DNA of 51,064 nt from Octopus bimaculoides (Eukaryota). This document shows, piece by piece, positions 49,795 to 51,064 of the stretch. Below the pieces are notes generated by a model. The model was not told the DNA's origin, ran no database searches, and saw only the letters and a list, made by a program, of their open reading frames with translations. Within the stretch, counting starts at the first letter, position 1, and each line of letters starts with the position of its first letter. The translations under genes and the position numbers were made by a program. The stretch lies in contig NC_068995.1 of assembly GCF_001194135.2 (NCBI RefSeq), forward strand, positions 27,642,382-27,693,445, in the 5' to 3' direction.

Positions 49795-49937
49795 GTGCTA
49801 AACTGTGGACGCCTTTCAAAGAACTTTATGATGTAGTTGATTCAGTGTTATTAAAGAAACAAGTAGAATCAGTTCACGATTTGGAGGTGATGTTAAGACG
49901 ACATAAACCTGATTTTATTTCACTTTTGAAGGCACCT
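49795..49937 (+). CDS. NUP205: Nucleoporin NUP205, coding exon 2
   Basis: (G)AKLWTPFKELYDVVDSVLLKKQVESVHDLEVMLRRHKPDFISLLKAP resembles the Nup205 N-terminus (LWGPYK...KHKPDFISL..P); tttcag and gtaagt boundaries. Confidence 0.92.
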
Positions 49938-50751
49938 GTAAGTAATAATAATTTTTTTTGTTTTTGCAACATTTTTTGTGAGTGCATTCTTATATTTCAG
50001 TTTAGTCATGTGTATTACATATTGTAAATTATTTTGTGTCATGTCTGTATGAAGAGAAAAAAACGATATTAAACAGATGTATATTTTTATGATTAGATTC
50101 TCTTTACTACTTTAAAAAAAATTTAACCCCTTAACATACAAATTAATCTGTCAAACGAAAAGCTTATACATATTTTGAATTAATTGGGTTCAAAAGTGGT
50201 GTCCACAATATTTGCTTGTAACTTTTGTTAATTTTTTACATACAGGATTGAAATTTCGTCAGTGGGTGCTTATATATCAGTGGTTTAGAGTTCTGTAATT
50301 TTAGCTGATCTTTCTGATTCAATTTGACTTTTATGGGCAAATAAATTTAATTAACAGGTGTAAAAACAATTACTTTATGGATAAGCTCTAAAATTGAAAT
50401 TCTTAATGTATCTTACCTGTTTGATTTGTTTACTAAAATTATCCTAGATGTCAACTGCCAACAATTTTGCTGATTTTCAAAATGAGGTACATTAATTTGA
50501 GTTAATTAAAATATAGATATAATTGGTACAAGATTTTATTCTTTCTCTATATTTCATTCAAACATTTTCATTGAAAATAAACTACAAAACTCTTTTACTA
50601 GTCAGTATACCATTGACTATGCACTCTTTGCAATTTAATGAGTACATTTACATAACAGAACCCCCACTATAAAAAGCTCATTAACAGGTGAAATACAAAG
50701 GTTAATACAGGTGTGTAACATTACTGAAGATTAATATGTATTTCTCACTTT

Positions 50752-51064
50752 TACATCATCATCATCATCATCGTTTAACGTCCGCTTTCCATGCTAGCAT
50801 GGGTTGGACGATTTGACTGAGGACTGGTGAAACCAGATGGCTACACCAGGCTCCAATCTGATTTGGCAGAGTTTCTACAGCTGGATGACCTTCCTAACGC
50901 CAACCACTCAGAGAGTGTAGTGGGTGCTTTTACGTGTCACCTGCATGAAGGCCAGTCAGGCTGTACTGGCAACGGCCACGTTCAAAATGGTGCATTTTAT
51001 GTGCCACCCACACAAGAGCCAGTCCAGGGGCACTGGCAACGATCTCGCTCAAAAATCCCACGAC
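50752..51064 (-). mobile_element. SINE/RTE-associated repeat
   Basis: (CAT)n tail; reverse complement of the 3250-3457 family. Confidence 0.75.

Overview
AT-rich, gapped eukaryotic scaffold (about 11 N-runs). The repeat content (RTE LINEs, tRNA-derived SINEs, Penelope elements, long microsatellites) resembles octopus/cephalopod genomes; the species is my inference. Two host genes are recognisable on the + strand. RPL32 has three coding exons (9971-10060, 10147-10299, 12916-13074; 133 aa) and a probable TCT/5'TOP first exon at about 3861-3885. NUP205 is represented by its first two coding exons (35145-35175 and 49795-49937, separated by a ~14.6 kb intron). A promoter-like island at ~27.4-27.6 kb may start an unidentified small minus-strand gene. 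The rest is mostly decayed mobile DNA: RTE, Penelope and Tx1/L1-like retroelements, plus Merlin, piggyBac, mariner, Tc1, pogo-like, hAT and Helitron pieces. The best leads are two Penelope-linked hammerhead ribozyme motifs (one downstream of a tRNA-like Pol III head), an 84-bp hairpin whose substitutions are nearly all G-U compatible on one strand, a competing frameshifting 3' splice site in RPL32, a piggyBac element with an inverted copy of its own interior just outside its end, and a long-TIR MITE carrying TTAGGG repeats. All coordinates and folds were read by eye; TE boundaries are approximate unless a TIR or TSD is quoted.
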